In this document: piece by piece, positions 23,167 to 31,760 of the stretch | Layout of the letters: every line of letters begins with the position of its first letter | Position numbering within the stretch: the stretch's first letter is position 1 | DNA from: Anaerolineales bacterium UBA4823 | GTDB taxonomy: Bacteria > Chloroflexota > Anaerolineae > Anaerolineales > UBA4823 | Assembly: GCA_002402275.1 (NCBI GenBank) | Contig: DHFN01000119.1 | Location: 1 to 33,163, forward strand | Reading direction: 5' to 3' | Length of the DNA stretch: 33,163 bases | Notes under the pieces: generated by a model | The model's input: only the letters and a program-made list of their open reading frames with translations | What the model was told of the DNA's origin: nothing | Databases searched by the model: none | Position numbers and translations under genes: made by a program

Positions 23167-25749
23167 ATGAGAGATAGCGAAGAGATTACACCGATTCGTA
23201 AACAATATTTGGAGATCAAAAGCCAATATCCCGATACGATTGTATTTTTTCGATTGGGGGATTTTTATGAAACGTTTGATCAGGATGCTGAAATTACATC
23301 CAAGGAGTTGGATATTGTCTTAACTTCCCGCAATGTTGCCAAAGGTGTTAGAGTTCCAATGGCGGGGATTCCTTATCATGCGGTGGAAAATTATTTAGGG
23401 CGTTTGATTGAGAAAGGTTATCATGTCGCAATCTGTGAGCAGATTGGCGATCAACCAAATAAAGGATTGTTTGATCGAAAAGTAATTAGAGTTGTAACAC
23501 CTGGAACTGTGCTCGAATCGGGGTTACTACCATCCAATGGGAACAATTATCTGGTGAGTTTAATTGCAGATGAAGAGTCTCAAAAAGCCGGTTTAGCTTA
23601 TGTGGACATTTCAACAGGAGAATTTGCGGTTACAGAGATTTCTCACACCGATTTATGGACAACCCTTCGGGCTGAAATCAATCGCTTGCAGCCAGTAGAA
23701 ATCCTAATGAGCGATAGCCAAAGTATTGAAAATGGAATCGCTGGACACATCACTCGGTTTCCAACCTGGAGATTTGAAACCGGACGGTGTGAACAAGAGC
23801 TTCTACGACATTTCGAAGTCCTTTCATTGGAAAGTTTTGGATTAAACAATTATAGTGTCGGGATACAAGCAGCCGGAGCCATTTTACAGTACATTCGGGA
23901 AACCCAACCCGAGGCATTGCAACTTCTTGATCAATTACGGACTTACTCATTCGATGAATTTATGGTTTTAGACCCTGCAACCCGACGTAATTTAGAGTTG
24001 ACTGAAACCATTCGAAGTACGGTGAACAGAGGAACTCTCATCTCAATTTTAGACAAAACCATCACTCCAATGGGTGGCCGGTTAATCAGACAATGGATTA
24101 ATAAACCGCTTCTGGATATAACGAAGATCCATGCAAGACAAAATAGAATTAATCTATTTGTAAAAGATGGGGTCTTGCGGGTTGAAATACGGACTGCTTT
24201 AAAGCCATTCGCAGATATCGAAAGGTTGATCAATCGAATTATTAGCGGTATAGCTCAACCGCGCGATCTTAATTCCCTTAGAAATAGTTTACACCAATTA
24301 ACAATTTTATTTCCCTTGCTCAATAAAATTTCCCCGCTGTTTGAATTAATGGATAATCGTTTTGAACTTTGTGACCAAGAATTGGATTTGTTAGAGAAAG
24401 CCATTGTTGATGACCCTCCCCAAACTCTGCAAAGCATTGGCATATTTCGAAGTGGTTATTCAGAGGAATTGGATGATGTCATCAATAAATCAAAGCATGC
24501 CCGCGAATGGATTGCTAGGCTTGAAAGTAAAGAACGCGAAAGGACAGGGATTAAAACCTTAAAGGTTGGGTATAACAAAGTTTTTGGATATTACATTGAA
24601 GTCAGTCGTGCAAATAGTGCCAATGTCCCCTCCGATTATATTCGGAAACAAACCTTAGTGAACGGTGAGCGCTATATCACCAGTGATTTGAAAGAATATG
24701 AATCTTTAGTTTTGAACGCAGAAGATCGGATCAAAGAAATTGAAGGTAGATTGTTTCAAGAATTGTGTGTCAGGTTAAGTCAATCAAGAGAAAGGATTCT
24801 GGAAACCGCTCATTTTTTAGCAGAATTAGATGTGATTTGTGGGTTAGCGGAAGTAGCTGTTCTCGATCAATATACTTGTCCAGAAGTAGTTGAGGAAGAT
24901 GTGTTTGAAATTCGAGATGGCAGACATCCCGTGGTTGAACAAACTCTCCTTAAGGAAAAATTTGTCCCTAATGATACTGAATTTGCTGGAAATGAAAGAA
25001 TCCAAATTATCACTGGACCAAATATGAGTGGAAAATCAACTTATTTAAGACAAGTAGCCCTGATTGTTCTGATGGCACAAATGGGAAGTTTCGTACCCGC
25101 CTCCTCTGCAAAAATAGGTTTAGTTGATCGAATATTTACTCGAATTGGAGCGCAAGACGAAATCCAGGTTGGTCAATCAACGTTTATGGTCGAGATGATT
25201 GAAACGGCAAATATCTTGCACCATGCTACGCGAAGGAGTTTATTAATTCTGGATGAAATTGGGCGAGGAACTAGCACGTATGATGGAGTGTCAATTGCTT
25301 GGGCAATTGTTGAATATATCCATAATCATCCAAATTTGAAGTCAAAAACCTTGTTTGCAACTCATTATCATGAATTAACCCAGTTAGCGGATTTGTTACC
25401 CATGGTTGGTAATCATAATGTTGCGGTAAGTGAGGTTGACGGAAAAGTGATTTTTCTGCACAAAATTATTGCGGGTGGTGCAGATCGTTCTTATGGAATT
25501 CATGTTGCTCAGTTAGCCGGTATGCCCAAACCAGTTATTCAACGGGCAAATGAAATCCTAAAAGAATTAGAAAAAACGTCCGGTAAAGCAGTTCAAATGA
25601 ATCCTGAATTGCCAAAACAATTAGCGTTCTTTCCGGAAACAAACCCACTCATTGCAGAATTGCAGGCAGTGGATTTAAATTCGATCACTCCCATCGAAGC
25701 ATTAAACAAGCTCTATGAATGGCGGAGTAAGTATTTGAAGGACGAATAA
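23167..25749 (+). CDS. mutS: DNA mismatch repair protein MutS
   Basis: TPIRKQYLEIKSQYPDTIVFFRLGDFYETF, Walker A GPNMSGKST, STFMVEM, DEIGRGTSTYDG and ATHYHELT are present. Length is 860 aa. Confidence 0.95.
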   Translation: MRDSEEITPIRKQYLEIKSQYPDTIVFFRLGDFYETFDQDAEITSKELDIVLTSRNVAKGVRVPMAGIPYHAVENYLGRLIEKGYHVAICEQIGDQPNKGLFDRKVIRVVTPGTVLESGLLPSNGNNYLVSLIADEESQKAGLAYVDISTGEFAVTEISHTDLWTTLRAEINRLQPVEILMSDSQSIENGIAGHITRFPTWRFETGRCEQELLRHFEVLSLESFGLNNYSVGIQAAGAILQYIRETQPEALQLLDQLRTYSFDEFMVLDPATRRNLELTETIRSTVNRGTLISILDKTITPMGGRLIRQWINKPLLDITKIHARQNRINLFVKDGVLRVEIRTALKPFADIERLINRIISGIAQPRDLNSLRNSLHQLTILFPLLNKISPLFELMDNRFELCDQELDLLEKAIVDDPPQTLQSIGIFRSGYSEELDDVINKSKHAREWIARLESKERERTGIKTLKVGYNKVFGYYIEVSRANSANVPSDYIRKQTLVNGERYITSDLKEYESLVLNAEDRIKEIEGRLFQELCVRLSQSRERILETAHFLAELDVICGLAEVAVLDQYTCPEVVEEDVFEIRDGRHPVVEQTLLKEKFVPNDTEFAGNERIQIITGPNMSGKSTYLRQVALIVLMAQMGSFVPASSAKIGLVDRIFTRIGAQDEIQVGQSTFMVEMIETANILHHATRRSLLILDEIGRGTSTYDGVSIAWAIVEYIHNHPNLKSKTLFATHYHELTQLADLLPMVGNHNVAVSEVDGKVIFLHKIIAGGADRSYGIHVAQLAGMPKPVIQRANEILKELEKTSGKAVQMNPELPKQLAFFPETNPLIAELQAVDLNSITPIEALNKLYEWRSKYLKDE

Positions 25750-25751
25750 CC

Positions 25752-26717
25752 ATGAAAAATCTCATAGAAACGATTTTTTCGGGTAATAAATTGAATATAA
25801 AGGATTTCCAGAATAAGGGGATAGGAATTGCTTTTTTAATAACCTTTCTCCTATTTGGCTGTGTAATGCCAAATCAGTCGGTACCCGAGTTACCTCCGCC
25901 AGCTCAAGGATTAATTGAGACAGCAGTCCAACTAACTCTGATTGCTAATGGGGTGATTACCCCTGCTCCGACTTCAATTACCGGTACTCTACCTGGAATA
26001 CAGGACGGTGGTCTAGCCAACGGAAAAGCCAAATTATATTTGCCGTTGATCAGTAGCGGCGAAGGCGCAGTCATTGCTCAAGAAACCATTCAAATCACTT
26101 CCACTTCAACAGCCATCGGGCCTTCCTCCACTCCCACTAAGACTTTTACCCCCACAGCGATTCCCCCTACTGCTACCCCAGTCACACCAACGGCTTTACC
26201 ATGTTTGAGTGCTAAATTTATTCAGGACATTAATGTGCCACCCGGAACGGTTTTTGCTGGCGGAACAAAATTCACGAAGATCTGGCGAGTGCAGAATTCA
26301 GGTAGTTGCCCATGGAATCGTAACTTTACATTAATGTGGGTTAGCGGAGATATGTTAGGAGCAAAGACGCAAGTGCCTATTCCTGGCACAGTTCAACCAG
26401 GTGAGACGGTGGATTTACAAATAGATTTAGTTGCTCCAAAAGTTGATGGAAAATATAAAGGTGGTTGGATGATCAATGACAATGCTGGACACATTTTTGG
26501 AGTGGGGAAAAATGCGACAAATTATCTATGGGTCGAAATCAAGGTAAAAAATACTGGAACGACAGTATCGAAATCTTCAACTCCTACATCGAAGCCAGCC
26601 AATACCTCAGCACCCACTAAAACGAATGCTCCAACCCAAACTAAGACATTCACTCCCACACCTACAACAGTTCCACCGACTGAGACGCCAACCCCAATGT
26701 TGACGCCAACACCATAA
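25752..26717 (+). CDS. Membrane/lipid-anchored Pro/Thr-rich protein with NBR1-type Ig-like (N_BRCA1_IG-like) domain
   Basis: The hydrophobic N-terminus ends in LLFGC, a possible atypical lipobox. A PT linker follows. Residues about 151-266 (nt 26202-26549) read FIQDINVPPGTVFAGGTKFTKIWRVQNSGSCPWNRNFTLMWVSGD...VQPGETVDLQIDLVAPKVDGKYKGGWMINDNAGHIFG. This matches the NBR1-like Ig pattern (F.KtWrlrN.G...Wp....L.fv.Gd...v.pGe.vdi.v.l.AP...G.y...W.l....G..FG). The tail is PT-rich. Confidence 0.65.
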   Translation: MKNLIETIFSGNKLNIKDFQNKGIGIAFLITFLLFGCVMPNQSVPELPPPAQGLIETAVQLTLIANGVITPAPTSITGTLPGIQDGGLANGKAKLYLPLISSGEGAVIAQETIQITSTSTAIGPSSTPTKTFTPTAIPPTATPVTPTALPCLSAKFIQDINVPPGTVFAGGTKFTKIWRVQNSGSCPWNRNFTLMWVSGDMLGAKTQVPIPGTVQPGETVDLQIDLVAPKVDGKYKGGWMINDNAGHIFGVGKNATNYLWVEIKVKNTGTTVSKSSTPTSKPANTSAPTKTNAPTQTKTFTPTPTTVPPTETPTPMLTPTP

Positions 26718-26807
26718 CCAATTTGGGAGAATGTGCTTTTATTCTACTAGTAAGGCAGGAAAACTGATCTCGCTAGGTAAAATGATCAAGAGTCGAGTGG
26801 ATTTTGT

Positions 26808-27602
26808 TCAAGGTGTGTGGGTGATAAAATCCAAGATTGCTTGATTGAATTGATTACTAGCTTCCAGATTGGGCAAGTGACCACATCTATCTAAAATAAC
26901 CAATTGTGAATGTGGAATGGCAGTTTTCATCGCTTGTGCTTCTGAGACAGGAATTAGAGGGTCGTCCCTGCCATGAATGATTAAAGTCGGAACGGTTATA
27001 AGCGGAAGCAGGGGACTTGAATCTTTTCGTTCTTTCATCCCACTTAAATCACCGATTATTCCTTCTAATGTGACAGATTGCATAATTCTTCGTAATTTTT
27101 CAACCAGCTCAGGGCGGTTTTGTAAAGAGTAGGGCGAAAGCAAGTTGGGAATCATGTTCTCAATAATTGGCGCTGCTCCATTTATTTGGGCATTTTGAAT
27201 TGTGTGGTCTCGATTTGCTTTGCCTTCTAACGTGTCGGGGTTTGCTCGAGTAGAGGTTAAGATTAATCCAGCTAAGCGATGTGGATATTTATTCACAAAA
27301 ACGAAACTGATGTATCCTCCCATAGATAATCCACACAAATAGACTTTATCAATTCCAAGGTGGTTTATCAATGAAAGGCAATCATCAGCTAATAATTCCA
27401 TCGAATAAGTGCCTTTAGTAGAAGTTGAATCACCATGACCACGCAGATCAGGGGCGATAACCCTTAAGGATTGGGAAAGACCATCCATTTGGGGTTGCCA
27501 CATAGCGCGGTTTAATGGATAGCCATGAATAAACAAAATGGCTTTTCCTCTGCCAATATCTTCATATGCCATTGTGAAATCCGGGAATTGAATTTTATCC
27601 AT
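26808..27602 (-). CDS. Alpha/beta hydrolase fold protein
   Basis: AILFIHGYPLN, the nucleophile elbow GLSMGG and a C-terminal GHLPNLE (catalytic His) are present. The start ATG 27602-27600 overlaps the valS 3' end by 8 nt. The track extension to 27668 lies inside valS. Confidence 0.8.
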   Translation of the reverse strand: MDKIQFPDFTMAYEDIGRGKAILFIHGYPLNRAMWQPQMDGLSQSLRVIAPDLRGHGDSTSTKGTYSMELLADDCLSLINHLGIDKVYLCGLSMGGYISFVFVNKYPHRLAGLILTSTRANPDTLEGKANRDHTIQNAQINGAAPIIENMIPNLLSPYSLQNRPELVEKLRRIMQSVTLEGIIGDLSGMKERKDSSPLLPLITVPTLIIHGRDDPLIPVSEAQAMKTAIPHSQLVILDRCGHLPNLEASNQFNQAILDFITHTP

Positions 27603-30327
27603 CTTGACCTTCCTGAAGATCTTTAATTTGTTGTTCGATTTTTTGAGAAGCGAGCTTGTAATCAGCAAATTTTTGCTTCTCTTTTTCTACGACTTGAGTT
27701 GGTGCTTTAACAGCAAAATCACTGTTGAGTAGTTGTTGTAAACGGGTGATCTGGCTATTAATCTCTGTTAATTCTTTGTTTAAACGCTCAAGTTCCCGAT
27801 TATGATCAATTGACCTCTGGGTATCTAAAAATATTTCGATTTCACCGACCACCAAAGGAATCTTACCTTGTGGTTTATCCGGAAGATTTGAGAAAATTTC
27901 TATCTGGTTCTGATCCAAATTTGCTAAACGAACAATGCTATCAAGTTGTTCACGAAGTAAATCTGAATATTGCTGGGAGATAAAAGTAGCTGAAATTTTT
28001 TGCCCCAAGGGAATTCCTTTTTCAGAACGAACATTGCGAATTGTTCGAATGAGCTCTTGGAGCAAGTTGAAATGCGCAATTTTTTGTTCTTCCCAGCCTT
28101 CGATGTCTTGATAGGTAGGCCAGGGGGCAATGATCAGGGCTTCGGGCCAATCTTGATGTGGCTTTAATGCCGGATATTTTTGGCATGCAATTTTCAGATG
28201 CCCCCAAAGTTCTTCGGTGACAAAAGGAGTAAAGGGGTGAAGCAACCGTAAGCACAGATCTAAGACGGTCACCAAAGTTTGTGATGTATAGAATGCTCGA
28301 TCACCACCCTGTTGAAGTTGAATTTTGGCAATTTCGATATACCAATCAGCAAATTCACTCCAGAAGAAATCATAAATTTGGCGACCAGCTTCGCCAAATT
28401 GATAATTTTGGAAAAGGCGGTCAACATCTCGAATAGTGGCTTGCAATCGAGCCCAAATCCATGAATCTGCTAGTGTCCATTGAGGTAGATGAATGGGTTG
28501 ATCGGGGGTTTGAGCTAAGTTATTAATCACAAACCGACCAGCATTCCAAATTTTATTTGCGAAATTACGATTCGCCTCAACTTTCTTAACGCTCAGGTTT
28601 GTGTCATTCCCTGGAGTCGAACCCACTAATAAAGTGAAACGCAAAGCATCTGTTCCAAACTCATCCATGACTTTCAATGGATCTATTACGTTTCCGGTAG
28701 TTTTACTCATTTTACGCCCATATTCATCGCGAATCAAACCATGCAAATAGACAATTTCAAAAGGCGGTTTTCCAGTGAACTCCAAGCCGTCCATAATCAT
28801 CCGTGCCACCCAAAAGAAGAGAATGTCATAACCCGTTTCTAAAACGGTCGTTGGATAGAAATAGCGATAATCGGGTGTGTTTTCAGGCCAACCCAGGGTT
28901 GAGAATGGCCATAAACCAGATGAGAACCAGGTATCCAGGACGTCTGGATCCTGATAGATGTCAGTGCTATGACAATGTTCGCATTGGGCTGGATCCGTAC
29001 GGCTGACGGTGAGCTCTCCGCATTGGTTACAATACCACACAGGGATACGGTGTCCCCACCAGAGTTGCCGTGATATACACCAATCTTGGATATTTTCTAG
29101 CCAATTAAAGTAGATTTTTGTAAAACGATCTGGGATGATCCGAATTTGTCCATCTGCTACAACCTTCAAAGCTGCATCAGCTAATGGTTTAATTTTAACA
29201 AACCATTGGGTGGATATCATGGGTTCGATGATTTCACCCCCTCTTTGAGATCGGGGGATATTCATCATATAAGGTTCTTCTTTTAATGTTAAGCCAGCTT
29301 TCTGCATATCTTCCCAGATGTTTCTGCGAGCTTCAAAGCGGTCTTGCCCGCAATACGGACCTCCATTTTGATTAATTCGTGCGGATTCATCAAGAACTGG
29401 GATTATCTCCAAATTATGTCTCAAACCAATCTCATAATCGTTTTGGTCATGGGCAGGAGTGATTTTTAATGCACCTGTACCAAATTCACGATCCACATAA
29501 TCATCTGCGATAACAGGGATCGTGCGATTTATGATTGGGACGATTGCTTTGCGACCAATAAACTTTTGATAGCGTTCATCTAATGGGTGGACTGCGACTG
29601 CAGTATCCCCTAATATTGTCTCTGGACGGGTAGTAGCAACTGGAATGTATTCTTCTTTTTGGTGATCCCCTTCAGGAAGAAGCATATATTTAAAATAATA
29701 TAATGTTCCGGGTTGTTGGGTATATTCGACCTCCAAATCAGAGACCGCAGTTCTTAATCCAGGTGACCAATTAATCAATCGTGGGCCCCGGTAAATTAAC
29801 CCTTTTTCATATAAGCGTACAAAGGCTTCTCGTACTGCTCGTGAAAGCCCATCATCTAAGGTGAAGCGAGTTCGCGTCCAATCACATGAAGCACCCAAAC
29901 GTCGAATTTGATTGAAGATGATGTCACCGTACTTTTCTTTCCAAGCCCAGGTGCGTCGTAAGAACTCTTGGCGGCCAATTTGTGCTCGTGTTAAACCTTC
30001 AGATGCCAGGGCTTTTTCAACCTGTAGTTGAGTGGCTATACCGGCATGGTCACTTCCCGGTACCCACAGGGTTGGTTCACCTTTCATACGGTGATACCGA
30101 ATCATCAAATCTTCCATTGAAACAAACATTGCATGTCCCAGGTGTAACTCCCCAGTAACGTTGGGGGGAGGAATGGATATAACAAAAGGTTTAATATTTG
30201 GATTGAATCCTTCTTTATTTGGGTCATTCCAGGGTTGAAAATACCCTTGCTTTTCCCAAAGCTGGTAAATTCGTCCTTCAGTGTCTTTAAAATTATACGA
30301 TTTTGGTATTGAAGATTCCTCTGCCAT
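27595..30327 (-). CDS. valS: Valine--tRNA ligase
   Basis: The class I HIGH motif (PNVTGELHLGH), the KMSKS motif (GRKMSKTTGN), the CP1 editing domain and a C-terminal coiled coil are present. Length is 910 aa. It is preceded by a Val-specific T-box leader. Confidence 0.95.
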   Translation of the reverse strand: MAEESSIPKSYNFKDTEGRIYQLWEKQGYFQPWNDPNKEGFNPNIKPFVISIPPPNVTGELHLGHAMFVSMEDLMIRYHRMKGEPTLWVPGSDHAGIATQLQVEKALASEGLTRAQIGRQEFLRRTWAWKEKYGDIIFNQIRRLGASCDWTRTRFTLDDGLSRAVREAFVRLYEKGLIYRGPRLINWSPGLRTAVSDLEVEYTQQPGTLYYFKYMLLPEGDHQKEEYIPVATTRPETILGDTAVAVHPLDERYQKFIGRKAIVPIINRTIPVIADDYVDREFGTGALKITPAHDQNDYEIGLRHNLEIIPVLDESARINQNGGPYCGQDRFEARRNIWEDMQKAGLTLKEEPYMMNIPRSQRGGEIIEPMISTQWFVKIKPLADAALKVVADGQIRIIPDRFTKIYFNWLENIQDWCISRQLWWGHRIPVWYCNQCGELTVSRTDPAQCEHCHSTDIYQDPDVLDTWFSSGLWPFSTLGWPENTPDYRYFYPTTVLETGYDILFFWVARMIMDGLEFTGKPPFEIVYLHGLIRDEYGRKMSKTTGNVIDPLKVMDEFGTDALRFTLLVGSTPGNDTNLSVKKVEANRNFANKIWNAGRFVINNLAQTPDQPIHLPQWTLADSWIWARLQATIRDVDRLFQNYQFGEAGRQIYDFFWSEFADWYIEIAKIQLQQGGDRAFYTSQTLVTVLDLCLRLLHPFTPFVTEELWGHLKIACQKYPALKPHQDWPEALIIAPWPTYQDIEGWEEQKIAHFNLLQELIRTIRNVRSEKGIPLGQKISATFISQQYSDLLREQLDSIVRLANLDQNQIEIFSNLPDKPQGKIPLVVGEIEIFLDTQRSIDHNRELERLNKELTEINSQITRLQQLLNSDFAVKAPTQVVEKEKQKFADYKLASQKIEQQIKDLQEGQDG

Positions 30328-30340
30328 TTATATGCTCCTA

Positions 30341-30379
30341 AATAATAAAAATCCTTTCGTCTATTGAGGACGAAAGGAT
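30341..30379 (-). terminator. T-box attenuator terminator
   Basis: On the minus strand ATCCTTTCGTC, loop CTCAATA and GACGAAAGGAT form an 11-bp stem, followed by TTTTATTATTT. This lies 20 nt upstream of the valS RBS/ATG region. The 5' arm is adjacent to the T-box core, as required for the antiterminator alternative. Confidence 0.75.
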
Positions 30380-30693
30380 ACTATTTCCGTGGTACCACCT
30401 CTGTTCACTAAATCGTAGTGCTCTCTTTAAAACTGTCCCAAAAGAAGGTTGTCACTCCGAGCAAAACGAAGGATCTTTTCAATGCCCTTAAAATATCTCG
30501 CTTCGCTCGATAGGACGATTATCGCTTATTGGACAATCTTTGAAAGGATAACGGACTCACCGTGCTGTTCTACTTTTGGGAACCAATTTCTTCAGCAAAT
30601 AAGACGGGTGACATTCGATCGGGTAATTCCTGGTAGCTCTCAGCTTTTAGCACTACCATCTCTGATGGATTCTACTGATCTACTCTTCCCATC
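30341..30693 (-). promoter_or_regulatory. T-box riboswitch leader (specifier GUC = Val) controlling valS
   Basis: All elements are read on the minus strand. The Stem I base pairs GATGGG (30693-30688) with CCCGTC. The specifier loop has AAGAGUA on its 5' side and GAAU-GUC-A on its 3' side, with the codon at 30612-30610. The AG bay is AUCAGAGA. The distal platform is UGGUAGUGCUAAAAGCUGAGAGCUACCA. The F-box CCGUUA is at 30554-30549. The T-box core AGAGGUGGUACCACGG is at 30403-30388. A terminator hairpin follows. Confidence 0.85.
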
Positions 30694-30722
30694 AATATTT
30701 TACATAAATTGTATTTGAAAAT

Positions 30723-30751
30723 ATTATACCGATAGAATTAAAAATGGTCAA
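30723..30751 (-). promoter_or_regulatory. Sigma-70-type promoter for the valS T-box leader
   Basis: On the minus strand TTGACC (30751-30746) is followed by a 17-nt spacer and TATAAT (30728-30723). The predicted TSS is about 20-25 nt upstream of Stem I. Confidence 0.55.
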
Positions 30752-30802
30752 TAATACGCGTTATATCAATGTCTGAAAATATTAAAATAAGATTAATTTT
30801 CC

Positions 30803-30832
30803 TTGACTTTTAAGGTTGGTGTATGCTATCCT
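30803..30832 (+). promoter_or_regulatory. Candidate divergent promoter for the MBL-fold gene
   Basis: TTGACT (30803-30808) is followed by an 18-nt spacer and TATCCT (30827-30832). The -10 is weak. Confidence 0.3.
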
Positions 30833-30860
30833 ATCCCTATTCATATTTTGGAGAAAAAAG

Positions 30861-31760
30861 ATGGTGCAAAGAGAACGAATTGCAGAAAATGTTTATAGCT
30901 TTCAAAGCGAAGTGTATGCTCAGGTTACCGCTGGAGCAGTGATTAGCCCTAATTGGGCAGTAGTGATTGATACCCTGGCGACGCCAGAAGAATCCTTAGC
31001 CATTAGAGATTTTATCGAACAAGAATTAAGCCTTCCCATTCGTTATGTGATTGACACGCATTACCATGCTGACCATAGTTGGGGGAATTGTTTTTTCCCT
31101 GGAGCAACGGTTATTTCTCACAAGTTATGTCGGGAATTTTTGGAGAAAAAAGGTATTCCAGCGTTACAAAGAGCAAAGGAACAGAGTAACCTTTACCATA
31201 ATGTCAAAATTGTACTACCTCACATAACTTTTAATGATGGGGGTATGAATTTACGGGTGGGAAAGAAAAATTTATCCTTGATTAAATTACCCGGGCACAG
31301 TGGGGATAATATCGGTGTTCTAGTTGAGGAAGACAGAGTACTATTTGCAAGCGACGCTGCTATGGCATTACCTTTTATTGTGGATGGGGATTTCGAGGAT
31401 ATGGTCAATACATTAAAGAGGATTGGGAAAATGGGATTGGAAAATATTATTATGGGGCATGGCGACATTGTCTTGCGGGGTGAAATAGATAATTACATTA
31501 AAGAAAATTTAGCCTATCTATCAACGATAAAAAAGTCAGTTCGTAAGGCAGCCACCCGTAAGTATCCTATGGATATGCTTGAAGCCATTACGGTTGAAGA
31601 GAGTGGTAAAAGCCGGGTTTTGATTGGCGGGTTAGCTGAAGAACTGCATAAACGAAATTTGATTGCACTCTATAAACAGATCTATGGTAAATTGCCAGAA
31701 GGTTCACCCGACGACGAATACGATTATTATGAGGAAGATGAAACCGAGGAAGAAGAATGA
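30861..31760 (+). CDS. MBL-fold metallo-hydrolase with acidic C-terminal tail
   Basis: The HxHxDH motif (VIDTHYHADHSWGN), LPGHSGDN, SDAA and GHGD are present. The start is ATG 30861 with GGAGA 6 nt upstream. The track's TTG start at 30816 would lie within the candidate promoter region. The tail reads DDEYDYYEEDETEEEE. Confidence 0.8.
   Translation: MVQRERIAENVYSFQSEVYAQVTAGAVISPNWAVVIDTLATPEESLAIRDFIEQELSLPIRYVIDTHYHADHSWGNCFFPGATVISHKLCREFLEKKGIPALQRAKEQSNLYHNVKIVLPHITFNDGGMNLRVGKKNLSLIKLPGHSGDNIGVLVEEDRVLFASDAAMALPFIVDGDFEDMVNTLKRIGKMGLENIIMGHGDIVLRGEIDNYIKENLAYLSTIKKSVRKAATRKYPMDMLEAITVEESGKSRVLIGGLAEELHKRNLIALYKQIYGKLPEGSPDDEYDYYEEDETEEEE

Noticed and set aside
26718-26807. Possible terminator between the NBR1-like gene and the alpha/beta hydrolase
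   Set aside because: Only short, weak inverted repeats (5 bp, AGAAT/ATTCT) are present and there is no U-tract. That is not enough to call a terminator.
27603-27668. 22-residue extension of the alpha/beta hydrolase
   Set aside because: It lies inside the valS coding sequence. The Met at 27602 gives a typical hydrolase N-terminus.
30449-30718. 89-aa plus-strand ORF in the valS-MBL intergenic region
   Set aside because: It lies exactly antisense to the T-box leader, whose conserved elements explain the sequence. The protein is low-complexity, has no RBS and matches no motif I recognise.
30816-30860. TTG-initiated 15-residue extension of the MBL-fold gene
   Set aside because: It would start within the candidate promoter region. 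ATG 30861 has a GGAGA RBS.
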